From: an uncultured bacterium
GTDB lineage: Bacteria > Acidobacteriota > Thermoanaerobaculia > Multivoradales > JAHZIX01
Assembly: GCA_965368975.1 (NCBI GenBank)
Contig: CBDUPA010000007.1
Span: forward strand, 64,001-128,000
Direction: 5' to 3'
Length of the DNA stretch: 64,000 nucleotides
Below, piece after piece: positions 1 to 9,400 of the stretch. The notes below the pieces were generated by a model. It saw nothing but the letters and a program-made list of their open reading frames with translations. It made no database searches and was not told the DNA's origin. Numbering within the stretch: position 1 is the stretch's first letter; every line of letters begins with the position of its first letter. The position numbers were made by a program, and so were the translations under genes.

Positions 1-2
1 AG

Positions 3-1484
3 GAGTACCCGCGCCTGCAGTGCAGCCAAGTCGACCTCGACCTGCGCCACGAGCCCGCGCGCCTGGCCGAGCAGCTGGCGCAACAACTACTGAATCCGGA
101 CACGCCCCGGTCGCCCGAGCCCGCAGTCGCCTATCGCGGTTCCCGACACGGCCACCGTTGGCTGCGTCGTCTCGACACCCGTCCCCTGCCGCCCGCCGAG
201 ACTCCGTCCACCCGTCTGCGCGCCGGTGGCACCTACCTGATCACCGGCGCCCTCGACACGGTAGCCGGTCTCGCCAACCCAGCATCCGAGCTGGCGCTGA
301 GCGTCGCCGAGCACCTGAGTGCCGCGGTCAGTGCCCTCGGGGAACCACCCTGTCTGCTCCTGCAAGGGCCCGCCCACCTGGCCCCCATCGAGAGCTGGCC
401 GGAGCGCACGCGCCAGCGCGTCCAGGCGCTGGAGACGCGGGCCCGCGTCGAGATCCTGCGCCTCGACCTGGGAGCCTCCAACCGGGGGGGGCCGGACGCT
501 GACGCCTGGCGCGAGGCCCTGGCCGCCCAGCCCGTCCTGCACGGCATCGTCCACGCCGCCGCCGTCGCCGGAGCTGGTGTCGTCCAGCTCAAGACGCGCT
601 CGCAAGCCGAGCCCGTGCTCGCTCCCAAGGTCGCCGGCACGCTGGCCTTGCTCGACGCCGCCCGCGCCGCAGATCGTTTCGACGCCCTCGACTTCGTCGT
701 CTACAGCTCGTCCGTCCTCGCCCTGATCGGCGGTGCTGGGCAGGTCGATTTCGCCGCCGCCAACAACTTCCTCGATGCGCTCGCCCGCCATGGCGCGGGC
801 CTGGGCACGGAAGACTCGGGGTCTGGCTGTTGGATCGGCGCCCTCGCCTGGGACACCTTCGCCTGGGAACGCCCCGACCCGTTGCTGCCCGAACCCCTGC
901 GCAGCCAGCTGGAAGACCTCGCGACGCGCTTCGGCATCGGTGCCAGCGAAGCTGTGGAACTGTTCCAGCGCAGCCTCGCCGGTCGAGGAGCCCACACCTT
1001 GCTGTCGCCGCGCCCGCTCCCGGCCCTCTTCGCGCAGTACGAAGCTCAGAAGTCCGGCGCCAGTCAGGTCGGTACGGCGGGCACCGGTGGAGAAGGCGCG
1101 AGTGCTGGTGCTCCAGGAGCGAGCCACGCCCGTCCCGATCTCGACACCGAGTACCGAGCGCCTTCCAGCGAGACCGAAGACACCCTCGCTGGTCTGTGGC
1201 AGAACGCCTTCGGCATCGACCGCGTGGGCGTCGACGATAACTTCTTCGAGCTGGAGGGCACGTCCCTGATCGCCCTGCAAGTCGCCACCCACCTGCGCGC
1301 CGCGCTGAAAGTCGACCTCCCCGTCGCGGCCTTGTTCGAGTCCCCGACCATCGCGGAGCTGGCGTCTAGGATTGATCGCCTGCGTCAAGAAGAGGCCGAG
1401 CTTGCCGAGGCGGATGCGCTGCTGGCGGAGATCGAAGGACTGTCGGACGAGGAGGCGGCTGCGTTGTTGGCGGAGGAAGCGTAG
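3..1484 (+). CDS. C-terminal part of a type I PKS (or hybrid NRPS-PKS): ketoreductase-like domain + carrier protein + acidic docking tail; 5' end lies outside the window
   Basis: Frame is open from position 3 into ORF 615..1484. Motifs GGTYLITGA, HGIVHAAA, LAPKVAG, LDFVVYSSS, GQVDFAAANNFLDALA; carrier motif DNFFELEGTSL; tail LSDEEAAALL. Confidence 0.9.
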   Translation, partial: EYPRLQCSQVDLDLRHEPARLAEQLAQQLLNPDTPRSPEPAVAYRGSRHGHRWLRRLDTRPLPPAETPSTRLRAGGTYLITGALDTVAGLANPASELALSVAEHLSAAVSALGEPPCLLLQGPAHLAPIESWPERTRQRVQALETRARVEILRLDLGASNRGGPDADAWREALAAQPVLHGIVHAAAVAGAGVVQLKTRSQAEPVLAPKVAGTLALLDAARAADRFDALDFVVYSSSVLALIGGAGQVDFAAANNFLDALARHGAGLGTEDSGSGCWIGALAWDTFAWERPDPLLPEPLRSQLEDLATRFGIGASEAVELFQRSLAGRGAHTLLSPRPLPALFAQYEAQKSGASQVGTAGTGGEGASAGAPGASHARPDLDTEYRAPSSETEDTLAGLWQNAFGIDRVGVDDNFFELEGTSLIALQVATHLRAALKVDLPVAALFESPTIAELASRIDRLRQEEAELAEADALLAEIEGLSDEEAAALLAEEA

Positions 1485-1654
1485 GTGTGTTCAAATTGTA
1501 GGCAAGCTGCCGATGGCCGGAGGGATAGCATTTGCTTGCTTCATGATGGCCATCCGAGTTTTTCGCAGGAGTGCACGACAGGTTGAGGGAGAAAATGGCT
1601 GTGCGATCTCCTGAGCAAGTTCAGTATTGGAGATGATGGACTCGTTGTGGTGAT

Positions 1655-2365
1655 GTGATGTCGACAACTTGGAGCAGAGATCGTCTAATCTTGGCAGTTG
1701 CGGTTATTGCCTTAGTGCCGGCTTTCGGGCAGTGGCTTTTCCCTCTGATCGGGGCGAGTGATCCCGCTGCTGAGTCTGTAAAGCTACCTCCTCAACACTC
1801 GGCTTTGGTCAGTGTCAACTTCAAGGCAGGCGGAAGTCTGTTTAGTAGAGGTATTGATGCGTATGTCGATGGGATCAAGGTCGCAGGTGGTGGTGGTCAA
1901 CTGAAGTTCAGGTTGGAGCCCGGAGCATACGGATTTTATGCGCGAAGTGGAGACAAGGAAAGTAATGTTCTTTTGTTGAGCCTGGAGGAGCGGGACATTC
2001 TGAATGTAGAATGTTTTTATCCGGAGCAAATGGATCGACCCTTGCTCTGTGATTTCCGGGAATCTCCTCAGCTCGCTAGGATCTCGGTGATCAGGAAGGA
2101 CCAATTCTATGGCAGCCTAAGAGATTTTATTGTGAGTGTTGATGGGGTCGAGAAGTTTGCCCTCAGTGTGGGTGAGAGAAGAGTGATCTATGCGGAGTCC
2201 GGGGCCTCCAGGCTTGTTGTTGCCGCTGTCTTGCTGGGCGACTCTATTGTGAGTAACGAGCTGCGGCTTGATCTTCCTTTGGGTTCTTTTGTTGAGGTTG
2301 AGTGTTCCTCAGAGATGGGAATGTGGACTGGAAAAGTCCGGTGTGAGATTCAAGACAATGTCTAG
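1655..2365 (+). CDS. Hypothetical membrane-anchored/exported protein with two beta-rich (PEGA-like) segments
   Basis: 236-aa ORF with N-terminal hydrophobic helix and two similar segments (YVDGIKV / VSVDGVEK); lower GC than flanks. Confidence 0.55.
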   Translation: MMSTTWSRDRLILAVAVIALVPAFGQWLFPLIGASDPAAESVKLPPQHSALVSVNFKAGGSLFSRGIDAYVDGIKVAGGGGQLKFRLEPGAYGFYARSGDKESNVLLLSLEERDILNVECFYPEQMDRPLLCDFRESPQLARISVIRKDQFYGSLRDFIVSVDGVEKFALSVGERRVIYAESGASRLVVAAVLLGDSIVSNELRLDLPLGSFVEVECSSEMGMWTGKVRCEIQDNV

Positions 2366-2740
2366 CTAAAGTTGTTCGCGGCACTGTTGTGTGCATTGCC
2401 GCCTATCGCGGGCAAGAAGGCCTTCGGTGATTTGTGATCACAGTAAACAGTCCTCTGAGTCTCTTCCTCCCACGGCAAGTGATCGGACGCCAGGCTATTG
2501 GTTTGCCGGTTGGAACGGCCGTCGGACGAGGCTGCGGTGGTGTTCTTGACGGCGGAAAGCTAGACTGCCTGCACGCCAGGGGCCAGGAAGGTTGATCTCA
2601 ACTTGAGGGACTTGACATCAAGCAGGTCGACCACGCCGCGTGTCAGCCAGGTAGTACAGCCTGTTTCAGATAGCGATGCAAGCTGAAGATGCCTGGCGCG
2701 GAATCGCCTCTCAGCCCTCAACCAAGAAAGGCAGTTCATT

Positions 2741-3904
2741 ATGGCCCTGTACTTCGATCCTCCGGGCAGTGCGTTCTCCTCCAACATGCTCGCTCTCGGT
2801 TTCATTACAAACTTTCAGGGCGAATATGTCGTGACGCCGGACACGATTGATGGCTTTCCTGTCAGTAAGGTTCAGTATCAGTCCAACTCGACCAGCTTCG
2901 GACCTACCCGCATCAAGGCCATCTCGAATGTGTTGCCAGATGTGATTGTGCTCAGTGCGCAGAACAGTGATTTTGTGCTGCCTGGCGGCACACCGATCAC
3001 AGCGGTTGCGGGAGCCGTACTGCTGGATTCCTTCGGCCAGATCCTGGTATGGGATCAAGGTAACTGCAATGGCCAGGGATATCACGTTTTCGACACGGCT
3101 GGCGGGCCCATCGAACAGGAGACTTACCTCACCGTCTTTCATGAACTGTCGCATGCGTACCACAACGCATTGGGCAGTTCGCCGGCGGATCTCGTCGCGT
3201 CGGAGCTCTTGGCCATCCAGGAGACCAACCTGCTGCGCAGCCAGTTGGGATTGCCACTTCGCGACCCCACCAACCACGGCGGCGGATGTGGTCCCGGGCC
3301 GTCCGAGCCCTGGTGGAAGAAGTTCTTGAGCGAACTGGTCGAGTCGTTGGGGGTCTTTCTGGGCGGTGGGTCCGCGCCGGCGGGTGTTCCCAAGCTGAAG
3401 TCGGCCGAGGGCTTGCTGCGTGCGGAGCTGACGGCTAGCTCCGCCGCATTCGATCAAGGCGCTGATCGCTGGAAGGAGTCTCTGCAGCAGCCCGTGGTCG
3501 CCGGCTTGCGGTGCTTCTACAAGGCGGCAGCCATGGTGCTCGATCGCTCGCTGGATCACCCGCAACAAGCAAAGAGGATGATCGCTATTCTCTCGGAATT
3601 GTCGAGGAAAGATGTGCATCGTCGAGCTGCCAATCTTCTGTTGCCTCGTCGAGTAGGGCCCACGAGCGGAGCTGACGGCAGTGCTCTGGAACTGTTCGCC
3701 AGTGAGCCGTACCAGATGATCTGGCGGGCCTATGATCAGCTCTTTGGGAACGGCAAAGCGGTTTCCGAAGTGACCCGGAGCTTCAAGCGCGCTGTCGAGT
3801 CCTGGACCGCTTCGCTACGGCCGTCCGAACGCGAGCTGCCGGAGCGCCCGCAGCGCAGCACCTTGTTGAACGTTCCGACGTTGGTGCATCGGACCTTCCC
3901 GTAG
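2741..3904 (+). CDS. HExxH zinc metallopeptidase-like protein (M91/NleD-like signature) with C-terminal extension
   Basis: TVFHELSHAYH followed by ELLAIQETNLLRSQLGLPLR; purine-rich RBS AAGAAAGG upstream of the ATG. Confidence 0.65.
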   Translation: MALYFDPPGSAFSSNMLALGFITNFQGEYVVTPDTIDGFPVSKVQYQSNSTSFGPTRIKAISNVLPDVIVLSAQNSDFVLPGGTPITAVAGAVLLDSFGQILVWDQGNCNGQGYHVFDTAGGPIEQETYLTVFHELSHAYHNALGSSPADLVASELLAIQETNLLRSQLGLPLRDPTNHGGGCGPGPSEPWWKKFLSELVESLGVFLGGGSAPAGVPKLKSAEGLLRAELTASSAAFDQGADRWKESLQQPVVAGLRCFYKAAAMVLDRSLDHPQQAKRMIAILSELSRKDVHRRAANLLLPRRVGPTSGADGSALELFASEPYQMIWRAYDQLFGNGKAVSEVTRSFKRAVESWTASLRPSERELPERPQRSTLLNVPTLVHRTFP

Positions 3905-3972
3905 GAGGCGCGCCGACCGTGGGCGGAGTCGCTGGAGGGGGATCAGGTGACGGATGTAGAATCACTGCTGAA

Positions 3973-4737
3973 ATGGGCGACAACCTCTACTTCCAGCTGA
4001 CCCAAGAGTTCAACGCTGCGGGGACGATTGCCGTCCTCGCATCCGGCCAGGCAGTGGTGTACTACCGCTTGGCGATCATGAGCAAGGATGGCGACTGGAT
4101 CCTGCGAGAGACACCAGAGGCTTGTAGCCGGGTTCTGGAAGTTCTCGGAGGCTATGGTGCCAGCTATCGTGCGGGTGCACCGCTCGACGTTCGATGGCTG
4201 GCAGCTGGCTGGTCTAGTCACTTCGAGTTCCGAGATGCAAGGAATCGCCGAATTCGTTGCGACTTCTTCACGCGTCCGCCGCGCATACCGGCATCCGACT
4301 TGGAGCCTTTGTTTCGAAGATCTGCAGATCTTCCGGTGGTCGATGTGGAGTCTCTGGTGCGGATGAAGCAGACGCAACGAGCCAAAGACTACCCTGTGAT
4401 AGGGGAGCTGTCGCGGCTGCTGCCGCCGGAGCGGGAGATCGAGTTAACGACCAACCCTGATCGGATCTTGGACCTAGCGGCAGAGTATGGCTCCGACTCG
4501 CGGCGCCCCTGTGTCCAGGCTGCGCGCAGTGGGCAGGGGAGACGGACGGTTGTCCTAGAGTTGGCAGTCGAGGTCGACGAGCAGCAGCAAGAAGATCGCC
4601 GTCGCGTGAAGCGCTATGCTGCGGCGTCACAGAACTACATGCGAGAGATGCGCCGGCTGGATGATCTGCGCCTTCCACAAGCGCACGAGGCCCTCTGTCG
4701 TTTGGCGGAACGGGTGCTGCCAACTGAGATGGAGTGA
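3973..4737 (+). CDS. Nucleotidyltransferase-fold hypothetical protein (possible toxin)
   Basis: SGQAVVYY...SKDGDWIL resembles the G-G-x-A-V...T-x-D-x-D NTase motif; later LVRMKQTQRAKD. Confidence 0.5.
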   Translation: MGDNLYFQLTQEFNAAGTIAVLASGQAVVYYRLAIMSKDGDWILRETPEACSRVLEVLGGYGASYRAGAPLDVRWLAAGWSSHFEFRDARNRRIRCDFFTRPPRIPASDLEPLFRRSADLPVVDVESLVRMKQTQRAKDYPVIGELSRLLPPEREIELTTNPDRILDLAAEYGSDSRRPCVQAARSGQGRRTVVLELAVEVDEQQQEDRRRVKRYAAASQNYMREMRRLDDLRLPQAHEALCRLAERVLPTEME

Positions 4738-4746
4738 GGTGTCGCG

Positions 4747-4935
4747 ATGGAAATGCTCAGCGAGGATGATCTCAACCTCAAGGATATGACAGACGAGGAA
4801 CTAGGGAAGGCTTGGGATCTCTGGTTCGACCTGGCACAAGCAACCAACGACCATGACCCGCCGTACACGCACGGAGTCTTCGTCAATCTGACCTGGGAGG
4901 ACGTACGCGGGGAGACGGACGAAACTGAAAGCTAG
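4747..4935 (+). CDS. Small acidic hypothetical protein, probable partner of the upstream NTase-like gene
   Basis: 62-aa ORF, GAGGTG RBS, starts 9 bp after the upstream stop. Confidence 0.55.
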   Translation: MEMLSEDDLNLKDMTDEELGKAWDLWFDLAQATNDHDPPYTHGVFVNLTWEDVRGETDETES

Positions 4936-6446
4936 GTCGTAGCCCCCAGCAACCCCGGCAACACCATCCCCGCGACGGTCACCAGCAGCCAGAAGATCAG
5001 GTTCAACACCAGTCCCGCCCGCGCCATCTGCGGGATGGTGATCCGGTCACTGCCATAGACGATGGCGTTGGGCGGTGTCGCGACGGGCAGCATGAAGGCA
5101 CAGCTGGCGGCGAGCGTTGCTGGCACCAGCAGAGTCAAGGGGGCGATTCCGATTCCTACCGCGACGGAGCCGAGGATCGGTAGGAAGGCGGCGGCGGTGG
5201 CGGTATTGCTGGTCAACTCAGTAAGGAAGATGACCAGAATCACCACCAGCAACGTGAGTAGCAGCGGGGGCCAACCACCGACAGACTCGACGCCTCCGCC
5301 GATCCAGGTGGCGAGGCTGGTTTCTGGGGTGGGGTAGTTCTGGATCGCGGAGGCCAAGCTGAGGCCACCGCCGAAGAGCAGGAGTACCCCCCAAGGTAGG
5401 CGTTGGGCGGCTTGCCAGTCGAGCAATTTCTCCGGCGAGGCTCCGTCGGCTGGCGAGCTGCCGGACGGCACCAGGAAGAGCAGGATAGCGCTGAAGAGGG
5501 CGATACCGGGGTCCGAGAGGCCGGGCAGAATCGCGACCAGTTGTGGTCGGGTGATCCAGAGTGCAGCAGTGATGCCGAAGATCACCGCCACGCGCTTCTC
5601 GGCGGGGGGCATCGGGCCGAGATCGCGCAGTTGCTGGCGTACGACCTCGGTTCCCCCGGGGATGTCCTCGACTTGCAGAGGATAGATCCAGCGCACCAGG
5701 ACCCACCAGATGATCGTCAGGCCCACGATGACCAGAGGCAGGCCCATCAGCATCCATTCGACGAAGCCGATCTCGACGCCGAAGGTCTGGAGCATGTAGG
5801 CGGCGAGCAGGGCGTTGGTGGGCGTACCGATCAAGGTACCGAGGCCGCCGACGCTGCAGCCGTAGGCGATGCCGAGCAGCACACAGAGGGTGAAGTGTGG
5901 GCTGCGATCGGGTTGTTGAGCATCGACGACGGCGCCGGTACGCCATTTCACCTGTCCATCCTCGATCAGATCCGCGATCGACAGGCCGATGGGGAGCATT
6001 AGCATGGCCGTGGCGGTATTGCTGATCCACATGCTGAGCAGCGCCGAGGAAAGGATCAACCCGGCAACGATGCGTGGCGGACGGGTACCGAGCGCGGTGA
6101 TCAGGGTCAGCGCCAGGCGTCGATGCAGTTGCCACTTTTCGAGACCGAGGGCGAGCAGGAAGCCGCCAAGCAGCAGAAAGATCAATGGGTTGGCGTAGGG
6201 AGCCGCAGCGGCGCGAGCGTCGGTGACGCCGAGGAGGGGGAAGAGCAGCGGTGGTAGCAGAGCCGTGACGGGGATGGGCAATGCCTCGGTCATCCACCAC
6301 ACGGCCATCAGCAGCGCGACGGCGGCGGCACGCCAGGCCGCGGGGTCGAGACCGCTGGGAGCGGGCAGTGCGAGCAGCAGCAGAAAGAGGGCTGCGCCGG
6401 CGAGCAGACCGATCGGTAGCTTCTTGGTTGCAACATCGTGGGGCAT
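4932..6446 (-). CDS. DASS/SLC13 family Na+:dicarboxylate/sulfate symporter
   Basis: Many TM helices; motifs WWMTEALP, SMWISNTAT, GTLIGTPTN, TELTSNTA, FMLPVATPPNAIV. Start placed at MPHDV. Confidence 0.93.
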   Translation of the reverse strand: MPHDVATKKLPIGLLAGAALFLLLLALPAPSGLDPAAWRAAAVALLMAVWWMTEALPIPVTALLPPLLFPLLGVTDARAAAAPYANPLIFLLLGGFLLALGLEKWQLHRRLALTLITALGTRPPRIVAGLILSSALLSMWISNTATAMLMLPIGLSIADLIEDGQVKWRTGAVVDAQQPDRSPHFTLCVLLGIAYGCSVGGLGTLIGTPTNALLAAYMLQTFGVEIGFVEWMLMGLPLVIVGLTIIWWVLVRWIYPLQVEDIPGGTEVVRQQLRDLGPMPPAEKRVAVIFGITAALWITRPQLVAILPGLSDPGIALFSAILLFLVPSGSSPADGASPEKLLDWQAAQRLPWGVLLLFGGGLSLASAIQNYPTPETSLATWIGGGVESVGGWPPLLLTLLVVILVIFLTELTSNTATAAAFLPILGSVAVGIGIAPLTLLVPATLAASCAFMLPVATPPNAIVYGSDRITIPQMARAGLVLNLIFWLLVTVAGMVLPGLLGATT

Positions 6447-6465
6447 CCCCGGTATTCTATGGCCT

Positions 6466-9400
6466 ATGAGTACTCCTGGTTCGTCCGACCCCCTGCCTGA
6501 CGTCACTGCCGGCATGACGCCGGATCTGGCACCAGATCTCGAGAAGCGCCTGGCGCGTCTGACGCCGGCACAGCGCGCTCTCTACCTCAAGCGCATGCAG
6601 CGCAAGAATCTGGACGCAGAGGCCCTGGCTCGGCGCAGTGCCGAGAGGGCGCGCGGCGCGGCGTCGGCCGGCTCTGAGCAGGCCGCGCTGGCGGCGACGC
6701 CGATCCCGCGGCGGGCGCGAGCGGAACCGGGTGTGGAAGCCGAAGGCTGGCCCCTGTCGCTCGACCAGGAGCGCATCTACTTCATTCACCACCTCAACCC
6801 GGACAGCCCGTTCTACAACATCATCGGCGCCGGCCGGTTTCGCGGTCGCCTGCGCCTCGATGTGTTGGAGCGGGCGATCAACGAGGTGGTGCGCCGGCAC
6901 GAGACGCTGCGCACGCGCTTCGAGGTGCGCGGCGGGGCGCCGGTGCAGATCGTCGAGCCGCGGCTGCGGATGCGGATCCCGCTCATCGACCTGCGCGGCC
7001 TGAGCGCCAGCGACGCGCGTTCGACCGCCGACGTCTGGGTGTCCCGCTGCCTCGGTACCGCTTTCCGTCTCGACCGTCTGCCGCTCGGGCTGTCGGTCAT
7101 GTTGCAGGTGGGGGACGAGGAATTCGTCTGGCCGATGGTCTACCACCACATCGTGGTCGACTGGGTGAGCTGGTCACTGTTCCAGCGCGAGATCGTGCTG
7201 CTGTACGAGTACTTTGCCAGGGTGGCTGCCGAGCAGGGCCCGTCTTCAGCCAGCGAGCTGTCACCGCTGCCCGAGCTGCCTATCCAGTACGCTGACTTCG
7301 CTGTCTGGCAGCGACGGCAACTCGATGCCGGTGTGTTGGCGTCGCAATTCGACTACTGGCGCGAGGCCCTGCGCGGGGCACCGGAAGAGACGACGTTGCC
7401 GCTCGACCATCCGCGTCCGCCGATGCAGCGGGGTGACGGTCGGCGCCGTTTTCGCGACCTGCCCGCCGAGGCGTCGCGGCGCTTTCGAGAGTTGATGCGG
7501 CACCAGGGGGTGACGCCGTTCATGGCCTTTCTGGCGCTGTTCAAGGTGCTAGTCCTGCGTCTCACCGGCCAGCGTCGCCTGATCCTCGGTTCGCCGACCA
7601 CCGCGCGCAATCATCCCGACCTGGAGGCGCTGATCGGGTACTTGCTGTACCAGCTGCCTTTCTACACGGACCTTTCGGGCGATCCTGACTTCGAGGAGGT
7701 TCTGCGTCGTGTACGCACCTCGACGCTCGGTGCCTTCGACCACGGGGATACCCCGTTCTCCAAGCTGATTGAACTGGTCGACCCTGAGCGCGATCCACGG
7801 CGCACGCCGCTGACGCAACTGGTCTTGCTATTCCTCGATCCTGACGGCCTCAACACCCAGCTGGCAACGCCAGCGCTGCCGGGCGTCGAATCGCTGCCCT
7901 ACGACTTCGACGGCGAGAGTTCGAAGTTCGACGCCACCTTTGTCGTCTGGGATCGTCCCGTCTATCACCTGTGGATCGAGTACGACAACGATCTCTTCGA
8001 CGCCACCACCATCGACCGCTTCGCACGCCTCTTCGGCACGCTGCTGACCGGCGTCACCGACGATCCGCGCCGGCCGGTGCGTGAGCTGCCCTTGCTCGAC
8101 GTCGTCGAGGTGCACCAGCTGGTGGTGGAGCGCAACGACGTACCGACCCCAGTGGAGTCAGGTACGGTGGAGTCAGGTACGGAAGAGCGGGTCAGGGCAG
8201 AGCCCCTGCCCGGCCTGTCCCTGCCCAGGCGCTTCGAGCTGTGGGCCGAGCGGCAGCCGGACGCTGTCGCCCTGCTGCACCGGCGCCACCACCTCAGCTA
8301 CGGCGAGCTACTGCGCCGCTCGGCAGCGGTGGCGTCGCGCTTGCGGGTGCAGGGTGCCGGTGTCGAAACGCTCGTGGCACTGAGCTTCGCGCCGTCGGTC
8401 GAGTTGTTTATCGGTCAGGTGGGAATCCTGCGCAGCGGTGCGGCGTACGTGCCTGTGGATCCAGTGTATCCGGAGGAGCGGCGGCGGTATCTGGTCGCAG
8501 ACAGCGGCGTCGAGGTGGTGGTGGATGCCGGGTGGATGGAGCAAGTGATGGGGATTGAGAAGCAAGTCGGAGCCGTGAATGCGGAGGCCACCACCCGCCC
8601 AGGGCACCCACATGGGGGTGCCCCTACCCAGAGTTCGGTTCCGGTTCCGGGTAGGGGCGGCCCCATGTGGCCGCCCTCCGAGATCCGTGGCGACAGTACC
8701 GCCTACGTTATCTACACCTCCGGCTCGACCGGCCAGCCCAAAGGCGTCGCGATGAGTCACCACGGCATCGCGCGCCTCTTCGACGCCACCGCCGGCTGGT
8801 TCGACTTCGGCCCTGGCGATGTCTGGGCGCTCTTTCACTCGTTCGCCTTCGACTTCTCGGTGTGGGAGATCTGGGGCGCGTTGGCCTGTGGTGGCCGCTT
8901 GGTGATCCTGTCGGAGGCGGATCGGCGGCAGCCGGCTCGCCTGGCGCGATGGTTGGCGGAGCAGCAGGTCACGGTGCTCAATCAGACGCCCTCGGCGTTT
9001 CGAGGATTGATTCCGGAGATTTGGCAGAATACCGGAGAGGATACGGTAGACAGCTCGCTTCGCGGCGTGATTTTCGGAGGTGAAGCTCTAGATCCGCAGA
9101 TTCTGCGAGAGTGCGTGCGGCGTGACGCGACCGCCTTCGTCAACATGTACGGCATCACCGAGACTGCCGTGCACACCACCTACCGCCGGATCCGCGCCGC
9201 GGATACCGCGCGGTCCTCAAGCCGGATTGGTGTGCCGCTGCCCGACTTGCAGCTCTACGTGCTCGACCGCTGGGTCGGCCTGCTGCCGCTCGGCGTGCCG
9301 GGTGAGCTGGTGGTGGGCGGGGACGGCCTGGCGCGCGGCTATCTGCGCCGACCGTCGCTGACCGCGCAGCGCTTCATTCCGGACCCGTTCTCGCGGAGGA

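Noticed and set aside
87-1388. Long antisense and alternate-frame ORFs (e.g. 87..1388, 19685..21055, 21405..22808, 25446..27185)
   Set aside because: Shadow ORFs of GC-rich coding genes; no recognisable motifs, and they overlap well-supported genes.
2366-2740. Possible ncRNA or riboswitch in the 375-bp intergenic gap
   Set aside because: No recognisable conserved motif or convincing structure by eye; would need an Rfam scan.
6223-6515. Apparent head-to-head overlap of the DASS transporter and NRPS ORFs
   Set aside because: Disappears when starts are placed at 6446 (-) and 6466 or 6514 (+).
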